Virus record (IMG/VR): IMGVR_UViG_3300024251_000020
Span: 1 to 41,513 of that record
Origin: a virus
Taxonomy: Duplodnaviria > Caudoviricetes
DNA: 41,513 nt
Strand: one strand, 5' to 3'
A model generated the notes under the pieces. That model was not told the DNA's origin. It was given only the letters and a program-made list of their open reading frames with translations, and ran no database searches. Made by a program: the position numbers and the translations under genes. This document shows, one piece after another, positions 1 to 8,343 of this stretch. Positions within the stretch are counted from its first letter, which is position 1. Every line of letters begins with the position of its first letter.

Positions 1-217
1 CTCGTACCCTCCCTTGTGCTCCTTGTCCCACTCCCTGCATCATCGCCGCTGCTGAGGACTTGCTCGGATCAAAAGTCCCCATCGCTTGTTGTTGAAACTG
101 ATTCTGTTTGTTAATCTCCTGCTGATAAGCGTCCTTCATTGCTTGCTTTTCAAGGACCGCTGCCCAGCCTTGTAGTTCACCCCCTACGATATTTGTCGCT
201 GCGCCTAGATAGCTCAT
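1..217 (-). CDS. Putative internal virion protein, 3'-truncated by the window edge
   Basis: Hand-read ORF from ATG 217: MSYLGAATNIVGGELQGWAAVLEKQAMKDAYQQEINKQNQFQQQAMG..., open to the edge; Q/A/G-rich; follows a similar gene. Confidence 0.6.
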   Translation of the reverse strand, partial: MSYLGAATNIVGGELQGWAAVLEKQAMKDAYQQEINKQNQFQQQAMGTFDPSKSSAAAMMQGVGQGAQGRVR

Positions 218-229
218 ATGTTTAGTCCT

Positions 230-874
230 TTAATATCCGTAAGCTGGTTGATTAGGTAGACCGCCCATACCGGAATAGTAGGAAGGGGGACCTCCTACTT
301 GCGGGGAGGAGCCGGTAGGGCGGTAGGTGTTGATTAGTTGGCTCAAATAGTATTGGTTGGCTACGCTGCCGAGAAGGTTGCCGAGAGGTTGGTAAACGCT
401 AGGGGCGGCGTAATTCGCGGCGGTTTGCGTGGCTTGCTGTCCCGCACCGGCAGGGTCGGCACTTTGGTATAATTGATTCAATAGGGTACTTTCTTGGTTC
501 TGTACCTGTTGCTGTAACGCCTGACTCTGGGCGATCCCGGTATCGGCGATTGTCTGCTTCGCTTGACCCATCGCCTTGCCGAGGTCGTTCCATTGTTTCG
601 TCCCGGCGGAGGAGGATAACAGCCCGCGATTCGCAAGGCCGAACCCTATTTGGTTCCTATTTGTCTGATACTGTTGCGACAACTGCGGCAAGGCGAAGTC
701 CTGATACGCCTGTGCCCTCTGTTGATAGAATGACGGTGTAAACCCACTAAACGCTTGATTAATCTTCTGCGTTCCTTGAGTGATTGCTTGTTGCCGTTGT
801 TGTTCTTGTGCCTGGGACATTCCGGCGTAATCCGGTGTCCCACCTTTGACAATATCGTAAAGTGTAAATCCCAT
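230..874 (-). CDS. Putative internal virion (ejection) protein
   Basis: 214 aa Q/A/G-rich helical protein (QIGFGLANRGLLSSSAG), located downstream of the nozzle and GNAT-like genes as in podoviruses. Confidence 0.6.
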   Translation of the reverse strand: MGFTLYDIVKGGTPDYAGMSQAQEQQRQQAITQGTQKINQAFSGFTPSFYQQRAQAYQDFALPQLSQQYQTNRNQIGFGLANRGLLSSSAGTKQWNDLGKAMGQAKQTIADTGIAQSQALQQQVQNQESTLLNQLYQSADPAGAGQQATQTAANYAAPSVYQPLGNLLGSVANQYYLSQLINTYRPTGSSPQVGGPPSYYSGMGGLPNQPAYGY

Positions 875-875
875 A

Positions 876-1244
876 TTATTGTAATTTCTTAACGTAAAAG
901 GTATACTCCCCCGCCTGCTTGAAACCCATATTCTCCATTAGCGCGTGAAAAGGGGATGACCGGGGAACAGGAAAGCAACACCCGGAACTTCCGGCCAAGG
1001 CGAGGTGGTTTTCGACGTTATTAATGAGTGAAAAACTATCTCTGGCGGTGAGGACGTCACCCAACCAAGCAAAGACGACTGGATAGCCTGGACTGCCGAT
1101 GGAGAAGTATCCGACCAGTTCTCCGTCCTTTTTGATTGTGTGGGTTGGTAGAAATACTCCATGGTTTTCGGCTTTCGCTTTTACTATCAATTCGGCGATT
1201 TCTGAATTGTCTTTAACTCGATCTAACCAGATGAATCCTTGCAT
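876..1244 (-). CDS. Small GNAT-like protein of the virion module
   Basis: 122 aa; IKKDGELVGYFS and LMENMGFKQAGE are GNAT-like segments; sits between nozzle and internal proteins. Confidence 0.45.
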   Translation of the reverse strand: MQGFIWLDRVKDNSEIAELIVKAKAENHGVFLPTHTIKKDGELVGYFSIGSPGYPVVFAWLGDVLTARDSFSLINNVENHLALAGSSGCCFPVPRSSPFHALMENMGFKQAGEYTFYVKKLQ

Positions 1245-1249
1245 AGGTT

Positions 1250-2680
1250 TTATGATTTTTCTCCTGCGTTGTAGTGGGCTTGTAGTTCGGATAATGTGGC
1301 GACCTGTCCCCAGGTCGGGTCGGTGGTTGCTTGGATGAGGAAGTGAGTGCCGGTTTGGGATATGGAGACGGCGAGAAGGTCAAAGGTGGAGTCAGCGGTT
1401 TCGTTCCCAGTAGGAGCGATGCCGTCGTATACGGTGGCGAGGGTTCCGCTTGTCGGGTCCGCTCCGGCCTTAATATGCCAGAAACCGGCGATAGCAGCGT
1501 CATAGCCTTCGATAAGCTTCGTCATTTTAGGTTTCTTATCGTCCATCCAGGGGGTTTGGACGGTAACGACCGTGCCGTCGTAGGTGGTACCGTTAAGACC
1601 GCCGTAGGCGAATATGTGACCCGCTGCGTCTCGGCAGTAGACGATACCGTTGTAAACGACGAACTTTGTAGGGGTAAACGTAGTAACCGTCACAAGTTGC
1701 AACAATCCAGTATACGTAACCGTTGCTCCTGTGCCGTTAATCGTAACGGAGGTCCCCTGAGCCTTGAAGTACCCGGCAGCGGTGAGAGTCTGTGTCCCGT
1801 TCACGAGGGATGTTTCATGCGCTCCGGGGGTCCATTTGTAGATGCTATTCAAAACAACCGTAGCTGTTAGAACACTAGCCACATAATTCGCCCCCACTGT
1901 AACCGTCGTATAAGCCTCATAAGTAGGCTTGAATATCGACCACGCACTAATCTTCGAACTCGGCCAACGGGAGTAGACGTATATCTTACCATTAAGATAA
2001 CACATATAGGTCTTCGTCAAAGGGTCCACAATCGCGCAGGCTCCGGTGACTCCGACGGATTGAATGTCTGATTGCACGAGGGAATCAATCGGCGTACCAA
2101 TATCATCAGGATACGCGTTTAGCGTCACCTCTCTCGTTCTAAGAGAACGAAAGCCTGTGTCATCTAGGATAACAACGTCAAAATCACCCAAATTCTGCAC
2201 CGCTAACGGAGCTTTTGTCCCGATATTATCCAACTCCTGCACAAGGGCGAAGTTTGCCGGGTCGGCATCGACGGTCCATATTTGGATACTTCTCCTTGCA
2301 ATCACCACCAACCTCCCTTGTAACTGAGACAAAGCCCAAATCGCGTCTTGTCCTCCGAAATACGAAAGATACGCAACTTCCCCTGCTCCAGGATTCTGAA
2401 CCTCCCATCCCGTAGGATCTCCGTTATCGGAAAAATTAAATTGTGTTCCCGCTCCGATATACACCCTATCGTTGAACGTGATACAAACATTCAACACTAA
2501 CGACGCAGAGAAGAAGTTAATACTTCCCACATCATAATCCCCAGCGGTGCTAGTAAAAGTCAACCCCCACTTATCTCCTATCGCCCAAGTCCCGCCGAAG
2601 GAGATAAGCCAACGGTCGCCGTATCCAGCAATGCCGGTGGAACCGCCGCTGAATGGGTATGTGTATGTGTTTGTAGGCAT
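1250..2680 (-). CDS. Tail nozzle / packaged-DNA stabilisation protein, C-terminal part
   Basis: Propeller-like repeats FNDRVYI..FNFSDNGDPTGW, LQGRLVVIARRSIQIW, IGTKAPLAVQNLGDFDVVILDDTGFRSL, IGTPIDSLV, typical of P22 gp10/T7 gp12-like nozzles. Confidence 0.7.
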   Translation of the reverse strand: MPTNTYTYPFSGGSTGIAGYGDRWLISFGGTWAIGDKWGLTFTSTAGDYDVGSINFFSASLVLNVCITFNDRVYIGAGTQFNFSDNGDPTGWEVQNPGAGEVAYLSYFGGQDAIWALSQLQGRLVVIARRSIQIWTVDADPANFALVQELDNIGTKAPLAVQNLGDFDVVILDDTGFRSLRTREVTLNAYPDDIGTPIDSLVQSDIQSVGVTGACAIVDPLTKTYMCYLNGKIYVYSRWPSSKISAWSIFKPTYEAYTTVTVGANYVASVLTATVVLNSIYKWTPGAHETSLVNGTQTLTAAGYFKAQGTSVTINGTGATVTYTGLLQLVTVTTFTPTKFVVYNGIVYCRDAAGHIFAYGGLNGTTYDGTVVTVQTPWMDDKKPKMTKLIEGYDAAIAGFWHIKAGADPTSGTLATVYDGIAPTGNETADSTFDLLAVSISQTGTHFLIQATTDPTWGQVATLSELQAHYNAGEKS

Positions 2681-2684
2681 AAAG

Positions 2685-4064
2685 TTATCGAACCGAGGCG
2701 GTGAAGACTATTGACTTCGTACCAGGAACGGGACCGCTGTCGGTAACGGTACATTTAAAGTAATCAATAAACATCGGCCCGGTTCCGCCGGTGTAAGTCC
2801 CGCTAGCTCCGACGGTATTGGATGGTCCAGTCGCGTATCCTAACACGAGGATACTTGGGTTCGTGACCGGCGTAGACCCATCCGGGTTACACTTTACCCA
2901 TACGAAATTAACAGTACCTGAGTTTCCCGTAACCGCTGCTACAATAGCTTTGTGAAACTGCCCGCTACGGTCAAATTGGCCGGAAATTGTGGAAGGTGTG
3001 AGGGATAGCACAAGCTTAGTCTGCGGTGGATTCGGTGTAGTTCCTGTTGTAATATCTCCCGTAGTTACCACCGTAGCGTTAAACGTAACCGCCCCGAACG
3101 AAAACGGTGCATAAATGGTAATCTGCACCCCGGTCGAGGCTGCGCTATACCCGGTTGAGAAAGTGAGATTATTAATCGCCGTAACCACGTCCGCCGCCGT
3201 GGTAGGTAAATCCGTGTCAAAGTTTATTGCTCCTCCAGTTAACGCCACAGTACCAGACCCATTTGCCAACGCAGGAGCGGTGATAGTAATTGTTCCATTC
3301 GTCCCGGCGGTGAGAAGAAACGTCGTGCTAGCAGCTATATTCGGGACGCCCTGGTAATTCTGGTCTATCAAATTAACCCCTAACAACCCCGCTGCGCTAT
3401 TGTTATTCTCAATCACCGGAGTAAAATGCACTCCCGGTGGGCTCATCACCAGCACCGACCCTGCGTTAGCTATTTCGTGATACCCTAGCGAATCCGACGT
3501 CTGATGTGCTGTAACATTCGCATGTGCTAGCCAGCCGTCGATACGGTTCACGATAGCGGCGAGATAGGTAGCTAAGGTGTTAATTACCGGCAATGTTTGT
3601 AAACTCGTTAAATCCCCATCAGTGATTTGTGGAACGTTAGCTCCGTTGTAGTAAGCGAAAGTTACTGTGGTGAAATCAAAGTTAATAAGGACGAACGCTT
3701 TGCCTTTAAAGGAAGTAGAATACGTCGCCGTCGAAACAGTTCCCGGTGGTAACACCCCACCATGTTGCGGATATACCAAAGTCTGCCATACAATATTCGT
3801 CGGCAATCCTCCAGGGCTAGTGTCAAAGCTAAACACCATTATCCCGGTATCGGTGTCTTGAAAACCTACCGGGATTAGGCCGTCATTCGGTCCGGCGGGT
3901 AAAGTTCCTACAAGAACAAACGCCCTCCTCTTTTCAATCTCACCTCCGCTGTTGATAAAAGCGTTTTGACATACCTGTAAGGTACCAGGAAGAGAGGCAA
4001 GGCTCTCCCGTCTCGTGTCCAAACCATACTTAAAGCTCGCAATTACTAAAGATTTATCCGGCAT
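2685..4064 (-). CDS. Tail nozzle N-terminal part with added beta-rich domains
   Basis: Start refined to ATG 4064; N-terminus FKYGLDTRRE...LQVCQNAFINSGGEIEKRRAF resembles nozzle N-termini; remainder T/G/N-rich. Confidence 0.6.
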   Translation of the reverse strand: MPDKSLVIASFKYGLDTRRESLASLPGTLQVCQNAFINSGGEIEKRRAFVLVGTLPAGPNDGLIPVGFQDTDTGIMVFSFDTSPGGLPTNIVWQTLVYPQHGGVLPPGTVSTATYSTSFKGKAFVLINFDFTTVTFAYYNGANVPQITDGDLTSLQTLPVINTLATYLAAIVNRIDGWLAHANVTAHQTSDSLGYHEIANAGSVLVMSPPGVHFTPVIENNNSAAGLLGVNLIDQNYQGVPNIAASTTFLLTAGTNGTITITAPALANGSGTVALTGGAINFDTDLPTTAADVVTAINNLTFSTGYSAASTGVQITIYAPFSFGAVTFNATVVTTGDITTGTTPNPPQTKLVLSLTPSTISGQFDRSGQFHKAIVAAVTGNSGTVNFVWVKCNPDGSTPVTNPSILVLGYATGPSNTVGASGTYTGGTGPMFIDYFKCTVTDSGPVPGTKSIVFTASVR

Positions 4065-4065
4065 A

Positions 4066-4090
4066 GTCGCGCCCAATTAATGGGCAAGAC
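4066..4090. repeat. Dispersed palindrome copy 1
   Basis: GTCGC GCCCA ATTAA TGGGC AAGAC, immediately upstream of ATG 4064 (minus). Confidence 0.9.
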
Positions 4091-4160
4091 CAGCGAGATG
4101 GCGTGCGGTTACACCTATGAAAAAACGCACATTAAAAACCATCCCGCTAGTCATTTTTGG

Positions 4161-4409
4161 TTAAATTCCTCCTTTGTCACTCAGGACCGCTAACTCCTGC
4201 GCCTTATCTTGAAGGTCAGCGTCGGATGGAGGCGTGCCTTGTATCAGATTCGCGACCGACGCGGCAAGGCCGGGAATTTGTTTATCAATCGCTTTCCCGA
4301 TGGCGATGAATGGGACAAGTGCGGGGTCGATGATACCGGCGTAGTCGCCAAGTAGGTTAATATCATCAATGACCACCTGTAACGTTGCTTTGATTTGTGT
4401 TGCGTCCAT
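4161..4409 (-). CDS. Hypothetical protein (partner of the upstream lipoprotein)
   Basis: 82 aa acidic amphipathic ORF, 3 nt from the upstream gene. Confidence 0.6.
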   Translation of the reverse strand: MDATQIKATLQVVIDDINLLGDYAGIIDPALVPFIAIGKAIDKQIPGLAASVANLIQGTPPSDADLQDKAQELAVLSDKGGI

Positions 4410-4412
4410 ATG

Positions 4413-4802
4413 CTATTGAATTTGACCGTTGGCCTTGATGTAGTTGTAAATCCAGATAAAGTTACTTCCGCTTGCTAACGTCGCATCGAGGGCGGCTTGG
4501 ACCTGGGTTTTCGTAACCGCGTTCGTTTCGTAGAGGGCGACCCAGTTGTCGAGGATACCGACGCTACTAGCGTAGTCTAGCCGAGCAGCTTTGAGGGCGA
4601 GACGGGTTTGCTCTAAGTTAGCCAGCTTCGCCGGGTCCGTGGTGGAGTTTGTTGCCATCTGGTAGTAATTCGTCCAACCGACATAGCCAGTATATACCAG
4701 CTTCGTCGTAGCGTTAGAGGAGTTTTTAACGTCGTTGATGAACGTGCCGTTACATCCGACGACGCTTAACAAGGTTAAGGCTATTAGTATCTTCAGTCTC
4801 AT
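4413..4802 (-). CDS. Predicted lipoprotein
   Basis: MRLKILIALTLLSVVG-C signal and lipobox, helical body. Confidence 0.7.
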   Translation of the reverse strand: MRLKILIALTLLSVVGCNGTFINDVKNSSNATTKLVYTGYVGWTNYYQMATNSTTDPAKLANLEQTRLALKAARLDYASSVGILDNWVALYETNAVTKTQVQAALDATLASGSNFIWIYNYIKANGQIQ

Positions 4803-4814
4803 GGTTTTTTCTTT

Positions 4815-4976
4815 CTATTTATGTATCGCCGATCCGAACACCGCCCAGCCGAGCAGTGCGAATAGGACAAATTCGAGAATCATCCCGCCGGACGCTTTCG
4901 TAAGCGGCCAGCCGTTGTAAAGGCTGAAGACCAGCCAGACCAACATTAGAACCCAAAATGCAAGTGCGATACTCAT
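4815..4976 (-). CDS. Small two-TM membrane protein (holin candidate)
   Basis: Hand-read 53 aa ORF MSIALAFWVLMLVWLVFSLYNGWPLTKASGGMILEFVLFALLGWAVFGSAIHK; ATGA overlap with the upstream gene. Confidence 0.65.
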   Translation of the reverse strand: MSIALAFWVLMLVWLVFSLYNGWPLTKASGGMILEFVLFALLGWAVFGSAIHK

Positions 4977-5203
4977 GGTTGTTTATTCTCCGGTGCGGGT
5001 GGCGGGGTTGGTTTTGGTACGTTGGTTCCCAACCAAATCGCGCTCATCACGCCTTTTATCCCACCACCCATTGAAAGGGCGTGATATGCACGGGTTATGT
5101 ATGGTGAAAGGGCGATTAACATTAACGCCGGTCCCTGCCAGCTAGGGGGTAGGTAATCCAACCCAGGTACCTGTAATCCGTTAGATGTATTAGTTTGATT
5201 CAT
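4973..5203 (-). CDS. Small membrane protein (holin-like)
   Basis: 76 aa with hydrophobic segments and a Pro-rich tail; tightly packed with neighbours. Confidence 0.55.
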   Translation of the reverse strand: MNQTNTSNGLQVPGLDYLPPSWQGPALMLIALSPYITRAYHALSMGGGIKGVMSAIWLGTNVPKPTPPPAPENKQP

Positions 5204-5207
5204 GTTA

Positions 5208-5537
5208 TTACTTAAATACGAACTTCATTATCAACGCTCCGACTATTGCTCCGAGTATTAGCCACATGAAGTAAGCCCCCTTCACCCAGCCCATACGTTC
5301 CAACTCTCTTCGTTCCATCGCCGTGAGTCTGGGAATCGCACCCTCCTTTTCGTCGAATAGAACGTTCAAAATCCGCTGCATGTTTTGTAGTACTCCAGGT
5401 TTCCCGGTTAATTGTTCACCACCCAATACTACTCTTAACTCTTCTCCTTTTGTTGCTAAGACACTATGTCCCGCCTCAAGTTTGTCTAACCTAAGCTCGA
5501 CAGATTGTAGTTGTTGTTCCACGGTTAGTTGGTTCAT
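5208..5537 (-). CDS. Coiled-coil protein with C-terminal TM helix (XhlA/holin-like architecture)
   Basis: Start refined to ATG 5537 (ATGA overlap with the receiver gene); heptads QLQSVELRLDKLE; C-terminal FMWLILGAIVGALIMKFVFK. Confidence 0.6.
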   Translation of the reverse strand: MNQLTVEQQLQSVELRLDKLEAGHSVLATKGEELRVVLGGEQLTGKPGVLQNMQRILNVLFDEKEGAIPRLTAMERRELERMGWVKGAYFMWLILGAIVGALIMKFVFK

Positions 5538-5965
5538 GACGAAGTTGTTGGTTTTAGCGGTAGTAATATCTCGAGACTTTCTTGGGTTAATGGCTTGGCT
5601 AGCATAAGGCAACCTAAGCGGAGTACCGCTTCAACACGGGGACTAAGAGGATAGCCGGTGACCAAGATAAAACGAGTGCCCGGATGGAGACCAGCGTTGG
5701 ACATCATAAAGGAAAGCCCGTCAAGGCCCGGCATGACGAGGTCGAAAAAGACAAGGTCGAATTTACTTACTAAGAGTTCCGCACGAGCTTCGTCGCCGGA
5801 GTGTGCGACGGTGGTGACAACGTGAAATCGATCTAAGATGCGGGTGATTAGATCCACATCCGCCGGATCATCGTCCACGAGGAGAAGTCTCTTCGGTGCC
5901 TGGAGGCGGGCAATCGTATGCTCAATCTCGGTAATCGCTTTTTTATGATCAAATTCGGTGTCCAT
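5534..5965 (-). CDS. Single-domain response regulator (CheY-like receiver)
   Basis: LLLVDDD acidic pocket, FDLVFFDLVMPGLDG phospho-Asp motif, ILVTGY Thr and LAKP Lys-Pro all present. Confidence 0.92.
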   Translation of the reverse strand: MDTEFDHKKAITEIEHTIARLQAPKRLLLVDDDPADVDLITRILDRFHVVTTVAHSGDEARAELLVSKFDLVFFDLVMPGLDGLSFMMSNAGLHPGTRFILVTGYPLSPRVEAVLRLGCLMLAKPLTQESLEILLPLKPTTSS

Positions 5966-5968
5966 AAC

Positions 5969-6304
5969 CTACCAAGCTAAAGCGATAGGGGCGGGTGCGG
6001 ATGTAGGCCAGGTGATGGCTTTCCAGGCTAGGTCGGGGGTTTTACCACATTGATTGGATACGGCGAAATAATAGATGGTGCCGACCTTGAGATTTAACAG
6101 TTTATACTGTAGCTGTGAGGTGGTAACCTTCGCTACATAATTTGTGGAGGTGCCGTAATATAGGTCGTAGCTATTAGTAGGATAACTCGCACTCCAGGCT
6201 AAGGTAGCGGTGGTATAGGTAGTCTTTTTCCAAGATGCCATGTAAGATGTAACACCCACAAGCAAAGCCCCACCGATACCGGCGATTTTTTGTTTAGTAG
6301 TCAT
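5969..6304 (-). CDS. Fibronectin type III domain protein with N-terminal signal/TM
   Basis: TLAWS...YDLYYGTS...LLNLKVGTIYYFAVS FN3 pattern; hydrophobic N-terminus. Confidence 0.75.
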   Translation of the reverse strand: MTTKQKIAGIGGALLVGVTSYMASWKKTTYTTATLAWSASYPTNSYDLYYGTSTNYVAKVTTSQLQYKLLNLKVGTIYYFAVSNQCGKTPDLAWKAITWPTSAPAPIALAW

Positions 6305-6780
6305 ATCGAAATTAGTCCTTTAGATATCGCATAGCGGGTAATCCCGGCAAGGTCGTTAGCGTTTTTAAGCTCTAACTTTATTTTTAAACACCTCATGTAA
6401 TAGTACACGCTATTTCTAGCGATACCAAGGGTTTTGGCTATGTCTATTAAATCATAACTTTGAGAAACCATCACGATGATAGCACTAAGCCTTTCTTCTG
6501 TGAGCTTTTCCCTTCTAAGTTTTTCTGCTATGTACTTAGCGGTCTTTTCGAGCGAAACGATAGATGGTTTCCCGTCTGACTTTAACCGGTTAATAGGATA
6601 ATTACGATGCATCAAACACTTTTCACCCGAACATGTAACCCCGCATACAACACATTTTTTAAACCTTCTCGCTTCTTTCTTAAGCGTTTCCCTTTCTTGC
6701 GATAAGAGTTTGGCTAACTCCCAGTTTTGACTTCTATGGGCATTAGCGAGTTGGGCTTTGTTTTCGGATAATTTGTCCAT
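6301..6780 (-). CDS. Zn-finger plus LuxR/NarL-type HTH protein
   Basis: CVVCGVTCSGEKCLMH cluster; C-terminal LTEERL..IAKTLGIARNSVYYYMRCLKIKL...ITRYAISKGLI. Confidence 0.7.
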   Translation of the reverse strand: MDKLSENKAQLANAHRSQNWELAKLLSQERETLKKEARRFKKCVVCGVTCSGEKCLMHRNYPINRLKSDGKPSIVSLEKTAKYIAEKLRREKLTEERLSAIIVMVSQSYDLIDIAKTLGIARNSVYYYMRCLKIKLELKNANDLAGITRYAISKGLISI

Positions 6781-6789
6781 ACACTACTT

Positions 6790-7590
6790 TTACAAAGCAA
6801 ACCCCGAAAGTGGCAACGCTGCCCCACCGTTGAATAAGTTGGTCACGTCAGTCTGGGTGAGTGCTTTGTGCCACATGGCCATTTCGTCCATTGTCAGGTT
6901 CGCAATGGATGGGTTGCCGGCCCTGACCCCTAACGTAAAGACTTGGGCGCCAATTTTCATACTGCCGGAAGTGAGCGGGCCTGACCATGCCAATGCACCG
7001 TCATAATACCCGCGTCCCTGTAGCCCCGCTGAGTCAAACACGATAACAAAATGGTGAAATACGTTGTTCGTCGGAGTGGCGACAAAATTGCCTTGCGCCA
7101 AGGTCGAGTTAGTGTCCTGAACAAGGCCCCTGATTGGACCGCCAACACCGCTGGAAAAGATTTCGTAAGAGTTGAGCGTTGCGTCGTCCCCTTTCAGCAG
7201 CAGAAATCCATTTCCGGGTGATGCTGCCCAGTTACTTGCCGAAATCCATAACGAAAATGAGATGCTCGTGTTGGCTGCTGGTGAAAAGTCAGAATTATCC
7301 ACATGACTGGCGAACGATCCTCCAAGACTTACATCCAGTCCCCCGTTGATGATACCTGCCACTACACCCGCCGAGGTGCTGGTCCCGGTTAGCGGATTTC
7401 CGCCTACTGAATCCGCATACGGGCTTACGTTCACGTCGAACTTCCAGTAGGAAATCAGGCTATTTAGGAGGCCGTTTGTGCTAGCTTTAGTAAACGCCAT
7501 TCTTCTATTCGGCACTATATCCTGCCCCGTTGCCACCATAGGAAGGAACAACGCCCCTGTCTTTACAAATTGCCTTCGAGAAAGTTTCAT
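6790..7590 (-). CDS. LamG/concanavalin-like lectin domain protein with twin-arginine (Tat) signal
   Basis: MKLSRRQFVK Tat motif; LISYWKFD, SFSLWI, FHHFVIVFD, YYDG, MDEMAMWHKALTQTDVTNLFN LamG pattern. Confidence 0.8.
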   Translation of the reverse strand: MKLSRRQFVKTGALFLPMVATGQDIVPNRRMAFTKASTNGLLNSLISYWKFDVNVSPYADSVGGNPLTGTSTSAGVVAGIINGGLDVSLGGSFASHVDNSDFSPAANTSISFSLWISASNWAASPGNGFLLLKGDDATLNSYEIFSSGVGGPIRGLVQDTNSTLAQGNFVATPTNNVFHHFVIVFDSAGLQGRGYYDGALAWSGPLTSGSMKIGAQVFTLGVRAGNPSIANLTMDEMAMWHKALTQTDVTNLFNGGAALPLSGFAL

Positions 7591-8342
7591 TACGGCGATG
7601 AGGTGGGGAAGTTCGTGATACTCGCAGTTTTATAATACACTCTTACTTGAGCTAGAAAAAGGAAGGAGTTTGTTTCCGTATCCCCACCGTCTCCGCCCTG
7701 ACGTTGCACTTCCCATAAGATCCCCTTGGCGGTGGTTGGGGTGTTGCCCACGGTAAGATTAGCGGTAATCCCTTCTTGGCCAAAGACCCAAGCGTTGGTG
7801 CCTACGTTATTAGTGACTCGAACTATCGAGCCGAAAGTAAGGTTTGTAGCATTATCCGTCGCGCTAATCGCCACAGCTCTAACACCCCAGACCATGTTCG
7901 TAGCGCCGGTTCCGTTAGTGCTACTACAAACACATTGTAACCCAACCTTAACCGTCCCCGCATCCCAGTCCCAAGGAAGGGAAAAGCGGGTTCGGAGGGT
8001 GTTGGTCATTAATGTCGTTCCGTTCGTGTGAAAGAATATCGCGCCATCCCCTGTGTTCGTAACCGCCGCTAGGCTCGCTGGGGTTATCGTTGTTCCTATC
8101 GTCGTGTCAATCCCGTTTGTCGTCCACGCGCCTAGAGGAATATCTACCGAACGGATTTGGACCAGGTTCGTAAGATTGACCGCATTATTATTAGTAATCG
8201 TCGTCCCCTTCGTACCTAGATTAGAAGGATAAGGCCCGAACGATGGTCCTTGAGCTTCAGTCTTGCCCAAAAAATGGGCAAGACAGGCGAGGAGGATAAC
8301 AAGTCTGGCGGTAAAGATTGTAGTGGAGGTATTAAGTTTCAT
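7590..8342 (-). CDS. Signal-peptide-bearing T/N-rich beta protein
   Basis: Hydrophobic N-terminus ending TEA-Q; FSLPWDWDAGTV motif; 13 TN dipeptides in 250 aa. Confidence 0.65.
   Translation of the reverse strand: MKLNTSTTIFTARLVILLACLAHFLGKTEAQGPSFGPYPSNLGTKGTTITNNNAVNLTNLVQIRSVDIPLGAWTTNGIDTTIGTTITPASLAAVTNTGDGAIFFHTNGTTLMTNTLRTRFSLPWDWDAGTVKVGLQCVCSSTNGTGATNMVWGVRAVAISATDNATNLTFGSIVRVTNNVGTNAWVFGQEGITANLTVGNTPTTAKGILWEVQRQGGDGGDTETNSFLFLAQVRVYYKTASITNFPTSSP
8260..8284. repeat. Dispersed palindrome copy 2 (inside CDS)
   Basis: GTCTT GCCCA AAAAA TGGGC AAGAC, perfect 10-bp arms. Confidence 0.9.
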
Positions 8343-8343
8343 A

